DNA of 64,000 nt from a virus (Duplodnaviria; Caudoviricetes). The position numbers and the translations under genes are program-made. Location of the stretch: IMG/VR virus record IMGVR_UViG_3300021431_000003, positions 32,001-96,000 of that record; one strand, given 5' to 3'. The notes beneath the pieces were generated by a model. That model did no database searches, was not told where the DNA came from, and saw only the letters and a list, made by a program, of their open reading frames with translations. Below are positions 15,673 to 25,433 of the stretch, piece by piece (within the stretch, counting starts at the first letter, position 1; every line of letters begins with the position of its first letter).

Positions 15673-17313
15673 TTAAGTTGTAGGAGCTGGTTGAGGATTG
15701 CCAGGATTTTTCATCTGGGTTGCTCCAGCTGCCATATTTCTATCCATCTTTCTAGAAACTTTATTAGCAGATTCTTTTTCTTGACCAGGATTTCCAAGAT
15801 ACCATTGAACGTGATGTTGAATAATAGAGTAGAAATCTTTATTAGTAAGCTGAAATGCATTAAACATTGTTCTTACAATAGACGACGAGATTTGTAAATC
15901 TGCGTTTACTCTACCTTGTCTATTGTGAATATCAGCATCTAATAACTGGTCTGCTTTATTTTGAATATTAGAATCAGTTTTATCTATATTTTTAATATTA
16001 GAAGCTTGTTGAGTATTAGCTGTCATATTAGATGCTGCTGTATTAGCATCACTTACTTTTTGAGTATTATCTGCGCCAGCAGCTCCAGACTTCATTTTTG
16101 TAGCAGCTTGCTGTTGAGCAGAATTTGTATTATTAGAAGAATTATCACTAAAATTAGGATTTTCTAATAAGAAAGATGTTGATTCTGTTTTAACACCATC
16201 TGCTCCGATAGCAGATTTAACAGCATTAACATCAACGTCTGCTCCATTTGTACCACCAGATAGGTTATAAGTCTTACCACCTACATTTACTGTAGCATTA
16301 CCAGATGCATCATATTTTTTACCATTAATAGCGCTTTTAATCTGGTCATCAGTAATACTTGTACCAGTATCTTTATTTTTATCATCTTTTGGACCTTGCT
16401 GTGCTACAGCTTTTTTAATTTTATCTTGCTGTGCTTTAACATAATCATCCATTTTCTTTTCAGCTTCGTCCATTTTCTTAGTTATTGTATTCATAAGCTT
16501 TTCAAGTTTATTCATATAAGAAACACCGCCATATGTGGCATTAATAATAACTTGAAAATTCTTATCTACTTCATCACCAGACCATGTTACTGTATCTTCA
16601 GAACCATCAAAATATGCTCTAAAAGTACCATCAATATCTGGATTATTATCATTACCATTTTTTGTGGTAAATCCATCAGCAGATTTATTAGACCAGTATC
16701 CTTGTTTAATAAATTCATTAAAGGCTTGAACTTTAATTTCATCATTAATATCAAGTTTCTTTGGAATAGGAGCGTCAGTAATGCTTTGAGCTGAATCGAA
16801 TACATTTAAATTTAAAAAAGAACCATCATTATTTTCATTATTTCCTACTACATTTTGATTGAAATACTTATCCATATTTGAACCGATTACAGACTGTTCT
16901 GTATTATCAGCAGCATCGATAATTCTAGGAAGACCTTTAAAATGGTCTTTTACATCACTAACATCACCACCATTATATTTACAATTCATGATGATATTAG
17001 CGTACTGTTCCATAAATTTTTTCTGTTCACCAAATAAAGCATTCATGGAAGCACCAAGTTTATCAAAAATCTTTTTAAAGAAATTTTTAATTTTAGTAAA
17101 GAATGCTTTAATCTTATCAGTAAATGCAGATTCATGAATAATATACATCTCATTGATAGCACGTTTATTACCACTAGCCTTAATAAGAGACTCGTTAACA
17201 AAGTTTTCCATCTCTCTATTCTGTTCCATCAATGTAGCGAAGAACTGAGCATCTCTATATACTCTATCTAACTCGCTCTCACAGTCAGTTCTAATCATTG
17301 TAAGTTCACTCAT
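15673..17313 (-). CDS. Internal head protein paralog 4
   Basis: HES-AFTDKIKAFFTKIKNFFKKIFDKL amphipathic block shared with the three upstream genes; VNES, IHES and LLEN motifs. Confidence 0.6.
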   Translation of the reverse strand: MSELTMIRTDCESELDRVYRDAQFFATLMEQNREMENFVNESLIKASGNKRAINEMYIIHESAFTDKIKAFFTKIKNFFKKIFDKLGASMNALFGEQKKFMEQYANIIMNCKYNGGDVSDVKDHFKGLPRIIDAADNTEQSVIGSNMDKYFNQNVVGNNENNDGSFLNLNVFDSAQSITDAPIPKKLDINDEIKVQAFNEFIKQGYWSNKSADGFTTKNGNDNNPDIDGTFRAYFDGSEDTVTWSGDEVDKNFQVIINATYGGVSYMNKLEKLMNTITKKMDEAEKKMDDYVKAQQDKIKKAVAQQGPKDDKNKDTGTSITDDQIKSAINGKKYDASGNATVNVGGKTYNLSGGTNGADVDVNAVKSAIGADGVKTESTSFLLENPNFSDNSSNNTNSAQQQAATKMKSGAAGADNTQKVSDANTAASNMTANTQQASNIKNIDKTDSNIQNKADQLLDADIHNRQGRVNADLQISSSIVRTMFNAFQLTNKDFYSIIQHHVQWYLGNPGQEKESANKVSRKMDRNMAAGATQMKNPGNPQPAPTT

Positions 17314-17328
17314 GTTTCTTCACCTCCA

Positions 17329-18603
17329 TTAAAATCCTTCTTTATTAGAACGCTTGAGAATCATCTGAATTGCTTTATTAAGAATCTGCTTATCCTGTTT
17401 AAAGCAATCCTTAGCAGCTTCAAGCTTAGCAGAGAAAGCTTGTGTATGAATCTGGCACATTTGACTTACTCTAGCAGAATATACCTTAAGTAAGCTCTGC
17501 ATCTTATCCGCAGTAGAACTATCATAGATATATCCAGTTTTAGAGTCACCAAAGTTAATAGCACTAAGATTATTAGAAGCATACTCTCTTCCGCCGCTAG
17601 TAGTAATGTCGAGCTTATGAGTATCCTTATTATACTTAATCATCTTGTCGAGATATTTTTCAAGGTCTTCATAATCCTTTACCATGTCATTCTTGTTCTT
17701 CTCAATAGCTTTTACTACATCTTTATACTTATCAAATCTACGATAAGCATCATTTACAAATCCGCTATCAATAGTAATACTAGATGTAGAATCACTATCA
17801 TCTCTGAAAATTTTAAATAATTCTTCTGTAAATTCTCTAGAGTCAAACTTCTGATTTGCTTTACCGATTACAATACCTCTGAATTCTTCATAGAAGTCTT
17901 CATTCTTATCAGAGATATCATTAATTTTATTTGAAAGGTCACTATTAATTTTTTCTGTAGCAGCCTTTCTTCTATCGATTTCAACTTTATCGGCGTTAGT
18001 ATTTGTATCTAAGTCACCAAATCTGTCATTCATATTAGCGCCAAATTTATAATAGTCTCCATCAACTGAACCCTTAAAATTATCAGCAAAACTTAAGTCC
18101 ATTACTCCATTAGTCGTAGCACTACCTTTAAAAGCATCAACTGCTTTTGCTTGAGGAATACCATCATAACTTTCGATATGTGTATACTTATAACCCTGGA
18201 ATTCGAATTCATCTTCAGAACCAAACTTATTTAACAGCTTAGCATTCTTCTTGATATACTTCTCAGAACCTACTAATGCTGCAAGTTTAGCAACGAATTC
18301 TTTGAATACTTTCTTAATCCATTCAATGAATTTCTTGATGATGTCTTTAATCTTATTAAAGAAATCACTAAAGGATTCATTGATAATATTGCTATCTCCG
18401 TAAGAACCCATAACCTTAGTATAGAATTCCTTTTCTGCATTACAATAGAATGCATTCATTTCAAGAATAGCATCATAACCTTCCTGAACAAAGGAATGAC
18501 GTTGTACATCATTATCTACATAACCGATATTATCAATATCGATAGAAGAAGATGTAGTATTGTCATTCTCAAGGAGAATATTGTTTAACGAGAATAAACC
18601 CAT
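17329..18603 (-). CDS. Internal head protein paralog 3
   Basis: INES-FSDFFNKIKDIIKKFIEWIKKVF; FEFQGYKYTH and DSREFTEELFKIFRD shared with paralog 2. Confidence 0.65.
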   Translation of the reverse strand: MGLFSLNNILLENDNTTSSSIDIDNIGYVDNDVQRHSFVQEGYDAILEMNAFYCNAEKEFYTKVMGSYGDSNIINESFSDFFNKIKDIIKKFIEWIKKVFKEFVAKLAALVGSEKYIKKNAKLLNKFGSEDEFEFQGYKYTHIESYDGIPQAKAVDAFKGSATTNGVMDLSFADNFKGSVDGDYYKFGANMNDRFGDLDTNTNADKVEIDRRKAATEKINSDLSNKINDISDKNEDFYEEFRGIVIGKANQKFDSREFTEELFKIFRDDSDSTSSITIDSGFVNDAYRRFDKYKDVVKAIEKNKNDMVKDYEDLEKYLDKMIKYNKDTHKLDITTSGGREYASNNLSAINFGDSKTGYIYDSSTADKMQSLLKVYSARVSQMCQIHTQAFSAKLEAAKDCFKQDKQILNKAIQMILKRSNKEGF

Positions 18604-18702
18604 GTATGTTTCCTCCTTTACATAAAGTAAGAAAAGCCAGAATACCAGTTAAGGTATTCTGGCTCTGATTATATCGTAATATATCAGACCAACTGATATT
18701 TA

Positions 18703-19968
18703 TTAAACAAGCTTTACAGAGGAGATGAAGTCGCCACCGAAAGCAGTAGAAGTTGTGTTACCGTCATTGGAATAATCAGCAGACTCAGTCATCTTCTTAC
18801 TCAGACCGATAACCTTAACTGCGATTTCCTTAGCCTGAGTACACTGGTCCTTAGTAGCCTGAAGAGCTGCAGAGAACGCCTGTGTCTGAACTTCTTTAAT
18901 GAAACCCCAAATAGACTGAACAAGAGATGCTGCAGAGACAATCTTTTCGTTGTTAAGCTTAGTAGTATCATTTGTATTACTATCATTGTTTACCTTAACA
19001 AGAGAATCTTCAGCTTTATCGATAGCATTAACCATCTCGTCAATGGATTTAACCATAGCATTTTCAGTCTTTTCGAGATTAGTCTTAATTTTATCATAAT
19101 CTTTAATGCATGTCATAAGACCATTAATGCTATTACCGTAAGCTCCAGTAACATCATTCTTCTTCATGTCCTGTTTAGAATCTTGACCATCTCTGAAAAC
19201 CTTGAAAAGCTCTTCGGTAAATTCCTTAGAATCAAGACCCTTATCTACATCGGTAGAAAATTCAGCTGCACCCATACTATTAATAGTACCACCGTTAATA
19301 GCTGTGATGGTTGCTTGACGAATACCATCTTTAATACCATCGAGTTTATCACGTACAGCAGCAATTTCATTAGTCTCTGCACCAGTAGTTCCGCCATTAC
19401 CGTCATTTTTTACAGCTACAGTTTTTAATGCATTTGCTAGGTCAGTATTATTTGCATTTAAAATATCGACAATCTTACCAGTACCTTTAAATTTTGTTTT
19501 AAATGTAGCAGTAGCATCACTAGTTGAAAGATTTGGGAGATGAGTATACTTATAACCCTTGAATTCCCAATCATTACTTACAAGACCCCAGTTCTTAATA
19601 ACTTCCTTTTCATACTTCTTAGCGAAGTCTTTGTTATTACCGAACCAAGAAGACATCTTAGCGATGAATGTATGGAAAATCTTATGAATCTTTTCGATAA
19701 TCTTCTTGAAGAATGCCTTAATCTTTTCAAAGATACCCTTGATATTTACAGATTCATAAAGAACATCTGTATTACCGTACTGCTCCATAGAAGCAAGTTC
19801 CTGAAGAGCGATAGCCTTCATGAAAGCATTCTGGTTAGCTGCAGACTCAGCTGCAGCAATGATACCAAGCTCATGATAATTGAAATGCTCTCCAGTGAAA
19901 GGTTCTACAGAGGTATAATCAGAACTAGAATAGCCGTTATTGAAAACAGCATTAGTATAGATACCCAT
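18703..19968 (-). CDS. Internal head protein paralog 2
   Basis: True start MGIYTN at 19968 (RBS lies in the end of the upstream gene); LYES-VNIKGIFEKIKAFFKKII, WEFKGYKYTH and DSKEFTEELFKVFRD. Confidence 0.68.
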   Translation of the reverse strand: MGIYTNAVFNNGYSSSDYTSVEPFTGEHFNYHELGIIAAAESAANQNAFMKAIALQELASMEQYGNTDVLYESVNIKGIFEKIKAFFKKIIEKIHKIFHTFIAKMSSWFGNNKDFAKKYEKEVIKNWGLVSNDWEFKGYKYTHLPNLSTSDATATFKTKFKGTGKIVDILNANNTDLANALKTVAVKNDGNGGTTGAETNEIAAVRDKLDGIKDGIRQATITAINGGTINSMGAAEFSTDVDKGLDSKEFTEELFKVFRDGQDSKQDMKKNDVTGAYGNSINGLMTCIKDYDKIKTNLEKTENAMVKSIDEMVNAIDKAEDSLVKVNNDSNTNDTTKLNNEKIVSAASLVQSIWGFIKEVQTQAFSAALQATKDQCTQAKEIAVKVIGLSKKMTESADYSNDGNTTSTAFGGDFISSVKLV

Positions 19969-19972
19969 ATTC

Positions 19973-21295
19973 TTAGTCCTCCTTTCTTGTACCGATAGAT
20001 TCCATATTAATATAGAACTGTTCAGCAGCAGCCTCACCGAGAGCCTGATAATACTCAACAGATTCCTTATGAGTAGTAGAAGACCAAGCTGCTGCAGCAG
20101 TCCACATCTTACGTGCCTGAGCCATAGCAAACTTAACCTGAGACATATACTCAGAAGTTACCTTTGTAATAACTTCCTGTTCGTTAGAAGCAACCTTCTG
20201 GCAAGCCTGGATGCACTGCTGTAAATCAGATGCTTTAAGCTTAGATGCATTTTGACCATTGCCAGTTTCCTTATCAAAGTCAGCGGCAACACTACCTCCA
20301 ATTTTAGAATCCTTGTCTACGCTGCTTGTATTATTTCTAAATTCCCATTTACCATTATTAGAACCCTTGAATGCAGCTTTATCAGATTCGGAATTCTTTT
20401 GGATAAATGTTGCAAGATTATCGCTAGTCTTATTTAAATCATCAATAATTTTATTAATGATTTTATCAAGATTATCATTAGTCTTTCTGACTTCAGATTC
20501 CCACTTTTCATCCATTAAAACACCTTTTACCCACTTAGATGTGAATGTAGAAGAAGAAATCTTATCATCTTCGCCATCAAAAGTAGCCTCATCTTCATAT
20601 AAAAATTCTGTAACTTTTTCAGAAAATTCTTTATAATCAGATACAGTTACATTTGTATAAGCTTTAAGCAGAGCAAGTTTGAGCTCTTCTGTATCAGCAT
20701 CTTTAATTTTTGATGTAGTCCAAGTATTATTAGCACCAGTACCGCCGATATGAGGAGCATATGCTGCATCAGCAGTAGTTTTCCTTGGATCAATTTGATA
20801 TGCATCATTAATTGCGAATTTAAATGCACATGTGGTGCCTGTGCCAAAAATTGCAGACTTGATATCATCTTTACCAGCTCTAGGCTTACGAATTCCCTTA
20901 ATCTTCAGGTCCTTCCAGTTAGAGTACTTGATAATCTGCTTCTCGTACTTCTTAACAAGGTCCTTACCGTTCTTGAAAGCACCAGCAAGCTTAGCGAGGA
21001 AAGCATTGAAGATACCCTTAATCTTAGCAAGAAGCTTCTTGAACATTTCAACAATCTTCTTGATAACATCAGTGAAAGCATTCTCGTTTACAATCTGAGT
21101 ACCTTCCTGAAGAGACATAACTTCAGCCATGTCATTATAGATAGCACTTTCGAAGAGAGCCATATCGTTAGCCTGATTATCAGCCATAATATGTGCACAA
21201 CCAAAAGCTGCATCATATGCTTCATTAGCGGGGATTTCAGCGGCATAGTCGTATGCTTCGCCTACAACAAATCTATTGCTTGTATAGATTCCCAT
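19973..21295 (-). CDS. Internal head protein paralog 1
   Basis: Starts MGIYTS; VNEN-AFTDVIKKIVEMFKKLLAKIKGIF; late promoter at 21365-21377. Confidence 0.68.
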   Translation of the reverse strand: MGIYTSNRFVVGEAYDYAAEIPANEAYDAAFGCAHIMADNQANDMALFESAIYNDMAEVMSLQEGTQIVNENAFTDVIKKIVEMFKKLLAKIKGIFNAFLAKLAGAFKNGKDLVKKYEKQIIKYSNWKDLKIKGIRKPRAGKDDIKSAIFGTGTTCAFKFAINDAYQIDPRKTTADAAYAPHIGGTGANNTWTTSKIKDADTEELKLALLKAYTNVTVSDYKEFSEKVTEFLYEDEATFDGEDDKISSSTFTSKWVKGVLMDEKWESEVRKTNDNLDKIINKIIDDLNKTSDNLATFIQKNSESDKAAFKGSNNGKWEFRNNTSSVDKDSKIGGSVAADFDKETGNGQNASKLKASDLQQCIQACQKVASNEQEVITKVTSEYMSQVKFAMAQARKMWTAAAAWSSTTHKESVEYYQALGEAAAEQFYINMESIGTRKED

Positions 21296-21400
21296 ATTGT
21301 ATAACCTCCTTATTAGATTATTACTTTAGTATATAAATTGACAAAAGATTTCACACACACATTTTTATTTATATGTTTATAAGCAAAAGTTTAAAGTAAA

Positions 21401-23044
21401 TTAGAATAGTGCAGAGCTAGCAGAATCTGGTAGTTCATCCATTACATCACTAGCTTTATACTTCTTACTATCTTCTGCTTTAATATCTTTACTAGCAGAC
21501 TTTTCTGCTGTAGCACCATCGACTGCAATCTTACGAGCAATCTTACGGAAATCATCAGCAACCTTCATCTGCTTCTTAGAGATATTCTTTCTTTCTTCCT
21601 TATTAAGGTCAAGTCTATTATTCTCTACATTATATGCACTAACCTGTAATAGGTCTGCTTGTACATCAAAGAACTCAGAGATTCTTACTCTATAATAGAA
21701 GAAGAGGAAGATGAGTTCTCTGATAATAGGAATGATACAGAATAACAAACCTGCTACACCGACAACAGCTGCTACAGCAGCACCACCAGTATAAATACCA
21801 AAACCGAGGAAGTTCTTTTTGGAAGTATCCATAGTCTTCTTAGATACAGTCTCATCAAGCACATGCTCCATAGCTTTAGTGACTTGTCCCTTACGATAAG
21901 CTTCATTGAAAGATTCAAGATTCTTAAATAAGAGATGTCCCTTAGACTTGGTAAGAGCAGACTTATCAATCATAATCTGCATAGTATCCTGAGATGGAGA
22001 CTTAACAAAATCTACACACATAGATACCATATAAGATGTAACTTCAATGATTGCTAATACAATAGTATTATAAGTAATCATAGGAAGTTCTGCATTAACA
22101 GCATATGCTTTAGTCCAGACACCCTTAGATTCAATGATATCAGATACAGACTCTGCAATTGTATCAACAGGCTTAGTATCCTGTTTGAATTCAATAAGCA
22201 GACGAGCCATATTATTAAGACACTCATGAAGAGTCTCAAAATTAGGAAGCTTTTCAATATCACCTCTAGAGCGTTCAATCTCGCCGAAGTCAATATCATC
22301 TACTCTATCTACTACGTTATCATATAACTTAGAAGTTAGAGATACAAGAACCTTATTTTGGTCAGCTTCATTAACTGCAAGAAGAACCTTACGAGTTTCT
22401 CTATCTGTGATATCAAAGAATTCATTCATTGCACGAGTGTATTCTTCAGAACGATAGATATCTCTCCAGTCAACAGCTTCATTAGCAGCTTTACGATTCT
22501 TTTCTTGTTGCTTGATAATCTGTTGAGCAGATTTAATACCTTTATCAACACCTTTACCAAGAAACTTAGCACCACTTCTAATAACACCACCGCCAGTAGC
22601 AATATCTGCTGCAGTAGTAAGTGCCTTTTCAGCAGGCTTTTCTCTCCAACTCTGTTTCTCTTTTTCAAGTTCGATAGCAGTAGAGTTAGTAAGGTCACGT
22701 CTCATATCATCAGCTTTCTTCTCAAGCTGCTTTGCTGTAGACGAGTTCTTACCTTCTTCAAAGTATTCTTCACCTTCAAGAGTACAGTCGATGATATTAC
22801 CATTAGCATCTTCTTTAAAAGTAATCTTCTTTTTACCTTTAGAAGAATCGTCAGCTTTCTTCTTGTTAAGCCAGATATTACTCTTAGCATTAGCAGTAGC
22901 CTTAGCAGCAAGATCCTTCATCTGTCCTGTTCTATCTTGAATCTGTTTCTTAAGTTTAGAATCAGTCTCTCTAGTATCTACAGAAAGAGACTTATTGTTT
23001 TCATTCATGATACGTTGGAGTTCTAAATCAGAAAAAATAGCCAT
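21401..23044 (-). CDS. Probable head/ejection protein with a C-terminal transmembrane segment
   Basis: Many x-N/E-E-[AGN] motifs in the N-terminal half; hydrophobic stretch GGAAVAAVVGVAGLLFCIIPIIRELIFLFFY. Confidence 0.5.
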   Translation of the reverse strand: MAIFSDLELQRIMNENNKSLSVDTRETDSKLKKQIQDRTGQMKDLAAKATANAKSNIWLNKKKADDSSKGKKKITFKEDANGNIIDCTLEGEEYFEEGKNSSTAKQLEKKADDMRRDLTNSTAIELEKEKQSWREKPAEKALTTAADIATGGGVIRSGAKFLGKGVDKGIKSAQQIIKQQEKNRKAANEAVDWRDIYRSEEYTRAMNEFFDITDRETRKVLLAVNEADQNKVLVSLTSKLYDNVVDRVDDIDFGEIERSRGDIEKLPNFETLHECLNNMARLLIEFKQDTKPVDTIAESVSDIIESKGVWTKAYAVNAELPMITYNTIVLAIIEVTSYMVSMCVDFVKSPSQDTMQIMIDKSALTKSKGHLLFKNLESFNEAYRKGQVTKAMEHVLDETVSKKTMDTSKKNFLGFGIYTGGAAVAAVVGVAGLLFCIIPIIRELIFLFFYYRVRISEFFDVQADLLQVSAYNVENNRLDLNKEERKNISKKQMKVADDFRKIARKIAVDGATAEKSASKDIKAEDSKKYKASDVMDELPDSASSALF

Positions 23045-23066
23045 AAGTTAACCTCCTTTCTTTTTG

Positions 23067-24806
23067 TTATCTGCTAACCTTAGATAGTAGGTTAACCATC
23101 TTCTTATAACTGTTATCAGATGCCTCACGCTCTAAGCCAGAGAAAGGAATCATTTCATAAGTATCGTCTCCAGTATCATAGAGGAAAGATGCAACTTCAG
23201 TAGACTGATTAGCTACTACAAGACACATAAAATTATATGCATCCATAATCTTTCTAGCTCTAGATACATCAAGAATATCAATACTATGAACTTTCTTGAG
23301 ATATTCAGAATCATTTTCCGACATTACAAGAGTAGAGATGGCAGTAGCATCATTATACATCTTGAGAGAACGACGGAACTTAGACTTGGTAGAACGTCTT
23401 TCAAGAACCTTCCAAAGTTTATTAGAAGAAGCATTCTTACCATAAGACTTAGCATCAAACTTAGCCTGGTCAACAGCAAATAAGAAATCTCTAAAGAAAG
23501 CAATCTCATTTGTAGTTGCTCTTACAAAGTTAGTAAGAAAGCTCTTGTCTTGAAGCTTACCAGAGATACGATTAACAATATCAGCAGAAGTGATAGGATA
23601 GATTTTACATTTAATTCCAATAACAGCAGTATTAATACTACCCTCACCATCTTCAGACTTACGAATAAAATTAACTACCATCATAGTAGGCTGAAGTTCA
23701 TTTGCTTTCTTATATTCATTGTTAAGAACAATTGCATTATGAGCTTTAGTCATAGACTCCATATATTTTGCAAAATCTATAGAGTTCATATTTTTTGAAT
23801 CAAAAGAACCACTTTGTTTAATTTCTCGATTAATTCTTTCATTTTGCGTTTTTCTAGCTTTTTCGTATCTTTCTAACTGTTGTTTAGCAGCCTTATATTC
23901 TTTTTCTCTATCTTTATAACTTGGGTCACTAGGGTCTGGTTTACCAATATCATTTTCCCAATTAGAAACAAGACTAGAAAGTCTACTTTCTTCTGGGTCC
24001 ATTGTAGTATAGCTAGTATTCTTAATATTTTGAGTAAAATTACCAGAACCAGTTTGATAATTACTTTGTGGTCCATGCATAGTTGACCAGTTTTGAGTTA
24101 GTATATCAAATTCATCTTGAGTAATTGAACCAGCGTTCAGCGCCCCTTTAATATCAGCTAATGTTACTTTATCTGGTTCATTAGAAAAATTAGACATACT
24201 ATGTCTAGCACCTCTAATGTCTCCAGCTTTTGTATAATGATAATCTTCTTTAACAATCATATCATTATATCCAGTTCTATAACCAGGTACAATCTTATAA
24301 GATTCAAGACTAGATTCATTTACATTATCAGGTAATGTATAATTAGATTCTTTAAGCTCTTCAAGAACTGTATTAAGTACTTCATGGTCAATCTTAAGAG
24401 TAGCATCATAAGACTCACCAAATGTAGTAGCAAGCTTATCAAATGCATCAGCATAGCCATCTAATGTATTATTCATACTTCCTACATTTGCATGGAACTT
24501 ACGTACATAATCATATACATCCTCGTTACTACCTACACTAATAGCAGTAAAAAGAATATGAAGAAGAGAAGCCATCTTCTTTTCTTGTGCTTTAGCAATC
24601 ATAATTGCATTATCAGGGTCAATATCTGTACTAACCATTACAGGGAAAGTAAGAATTAAATCCTTTGTTGCAGAAGTAATAGACTTGAAGCTTCTTTTTG
24701 CATTAGCATTATTGATGAATTGAACTTCATCAAAGTCTTTCAGGTCTGTCAGAATATCTACGATATCTTTAACAACAGATTCGTGAAAATACTCTCTTCC
24801 GTTCAT
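23067..24806 (-). CDS. Probable virion structural (head) protein
   Basis: Late promoter at 24834-24846; FHES, FGES, LKES and VNES motifs; located in the head-protein block. Confidence 0.5.
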   Translation of the reverse strand: MNGREYFHESVVKDIVDILTDLKDFDEVQFINNANAKRSFKSITSATKDLILTFPVMVSTDIDPDNAIMIAKAQEKKMASLLHILFTAISVGSNEDVYDYVRKFHANVGSMNNTLDGYADAFDKLATTFGESYDATLKIDHEVLNTVLEELKESNYTLPDNVNESSLESYKIVPGYRTGYNDMIVKEDYHYTKAGDIRGARHSMSNFSNEPDKVTLADIKGALNAGSITQDEFDILTQNWSTMHGPQSNYQTGSGNFTQNIKNTSYTTMDPEESRLSSLVSNWENDIGKPDPSDPSYKDREKEYKAAKQQLERYEKARKTQNERINREIKQSGSFDSKNMNSIDFAKYMESMTKAHNAIVLNNEYKKANELQPTMMVVNFIRKSEDGEGSINTAVIGIKCKIYPITSADIVNRISGKLQDKSFLTNFVRATTNEIAFFRDFLFAVDQAKFDAKSYGKNASSNKLWKVLERRSTKSKFRRSLKMYNDATAISTLVMSENDSEYLKKVHSIDILDVSRARKIMDAYNFMCLVVANQSTEVASFLYDTGDDTYEMIPFSGLEREASDNSYKKMVNLLSKVSR

Positions 24807-24852
24807 TGAGTTAACCTCCTTTATACTCAGATTTTATAGATATGTTTCAAAA

Positions 24853-25346
24853 AATAAAGTGTATCACCAGACTGATGTCTCTAATTAATCGCCAATAAGT
24901 CGGTTCATTAATTCATTAAACTGATTGTCTGATAATGTAATAGATTGATTAGCCATGATATTAGCATTACTCGGAGCTATTACAAACATTCCATCACTAG
25001 AATATGACTGTTTACTTCCAAACATCTCATACAATTTATCAATTCTAGATTCAATCTTATTCATTCTAGCAATAATATCTGAATAATTATTATTTGCTTG
25101 CGGAACTTGAATTGGAGTTGCTTTGAAATTAGAAGTTGATGAAGAAGAGGTATATTTAGCTTTTTCTTGTTCATAAATATGCTCAAGTCTTGCTTGTTCT
25201 CTAGCGAAATACTCTCTATTACTTTTACACATATCGTCAAAATCTTTACCATTCATTATTAACCACCTCTATAGCCTTTCTAAAATATAATACTCGTGTA
25301 TAACTTCTCGGTGAGGCTATAGGTCATTTTGATGATACACTTTATT
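24853..25346. repeat. Long-range inverted repeat AATAAAGTGTATCA / TGATACACTTTATT enclosing one gene
   Basis: Perfect 14-bp IR at 24853-24866 and 25333-25346. Confidence 0.85.
24885..25256 (-). CDS. Hypothetical protein flanked by a 14-bp inverted repeat
   Basis: 123-aa ORF, GAGGTGG RBS, early-like TATACTAT at 25359-25366. Confidence 0.65.
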   Translation of the reverse strand: MNGKDFDDMCKSNREYFAREQARLEHIYEQEKAKYTSSSSTSNFKATPIQVPQANNNYSDIIARMNKIESRIDKLYEMFGSKQSYSSDGMFVIAPSNANIMANQSITLSDNQFNELMNRLIGD

Positions 25347-25433
25347 CAATACACATTAATAGTATATAAATATGTAGCACTTTACCCTCTTGAACATTTA
25401 GATAATCGTAAGATTATGAAAGGAGGAGTAACC

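Noticed and set aside
18703-20130. Long upstream extensions in the ORF track (e.g. starts at 20130, 6432, 14342, 25329, 52440)
   Set aside because: They overlap neighbouring genes, terminators or promoters; downstream starts have clear SD sequences
21352-21361. (CA)n microsatellite in the leader of the head paralog operon as a phase-variation site
   Set aside because: Only about 4-5 units; compatible with chance
24853-25346. IS element or MITE defined by the 14-bp inverted repeat
   Set aside because: No transposase and no target-site duplication; the strand-specific G-U extension points to RNA pairing instead
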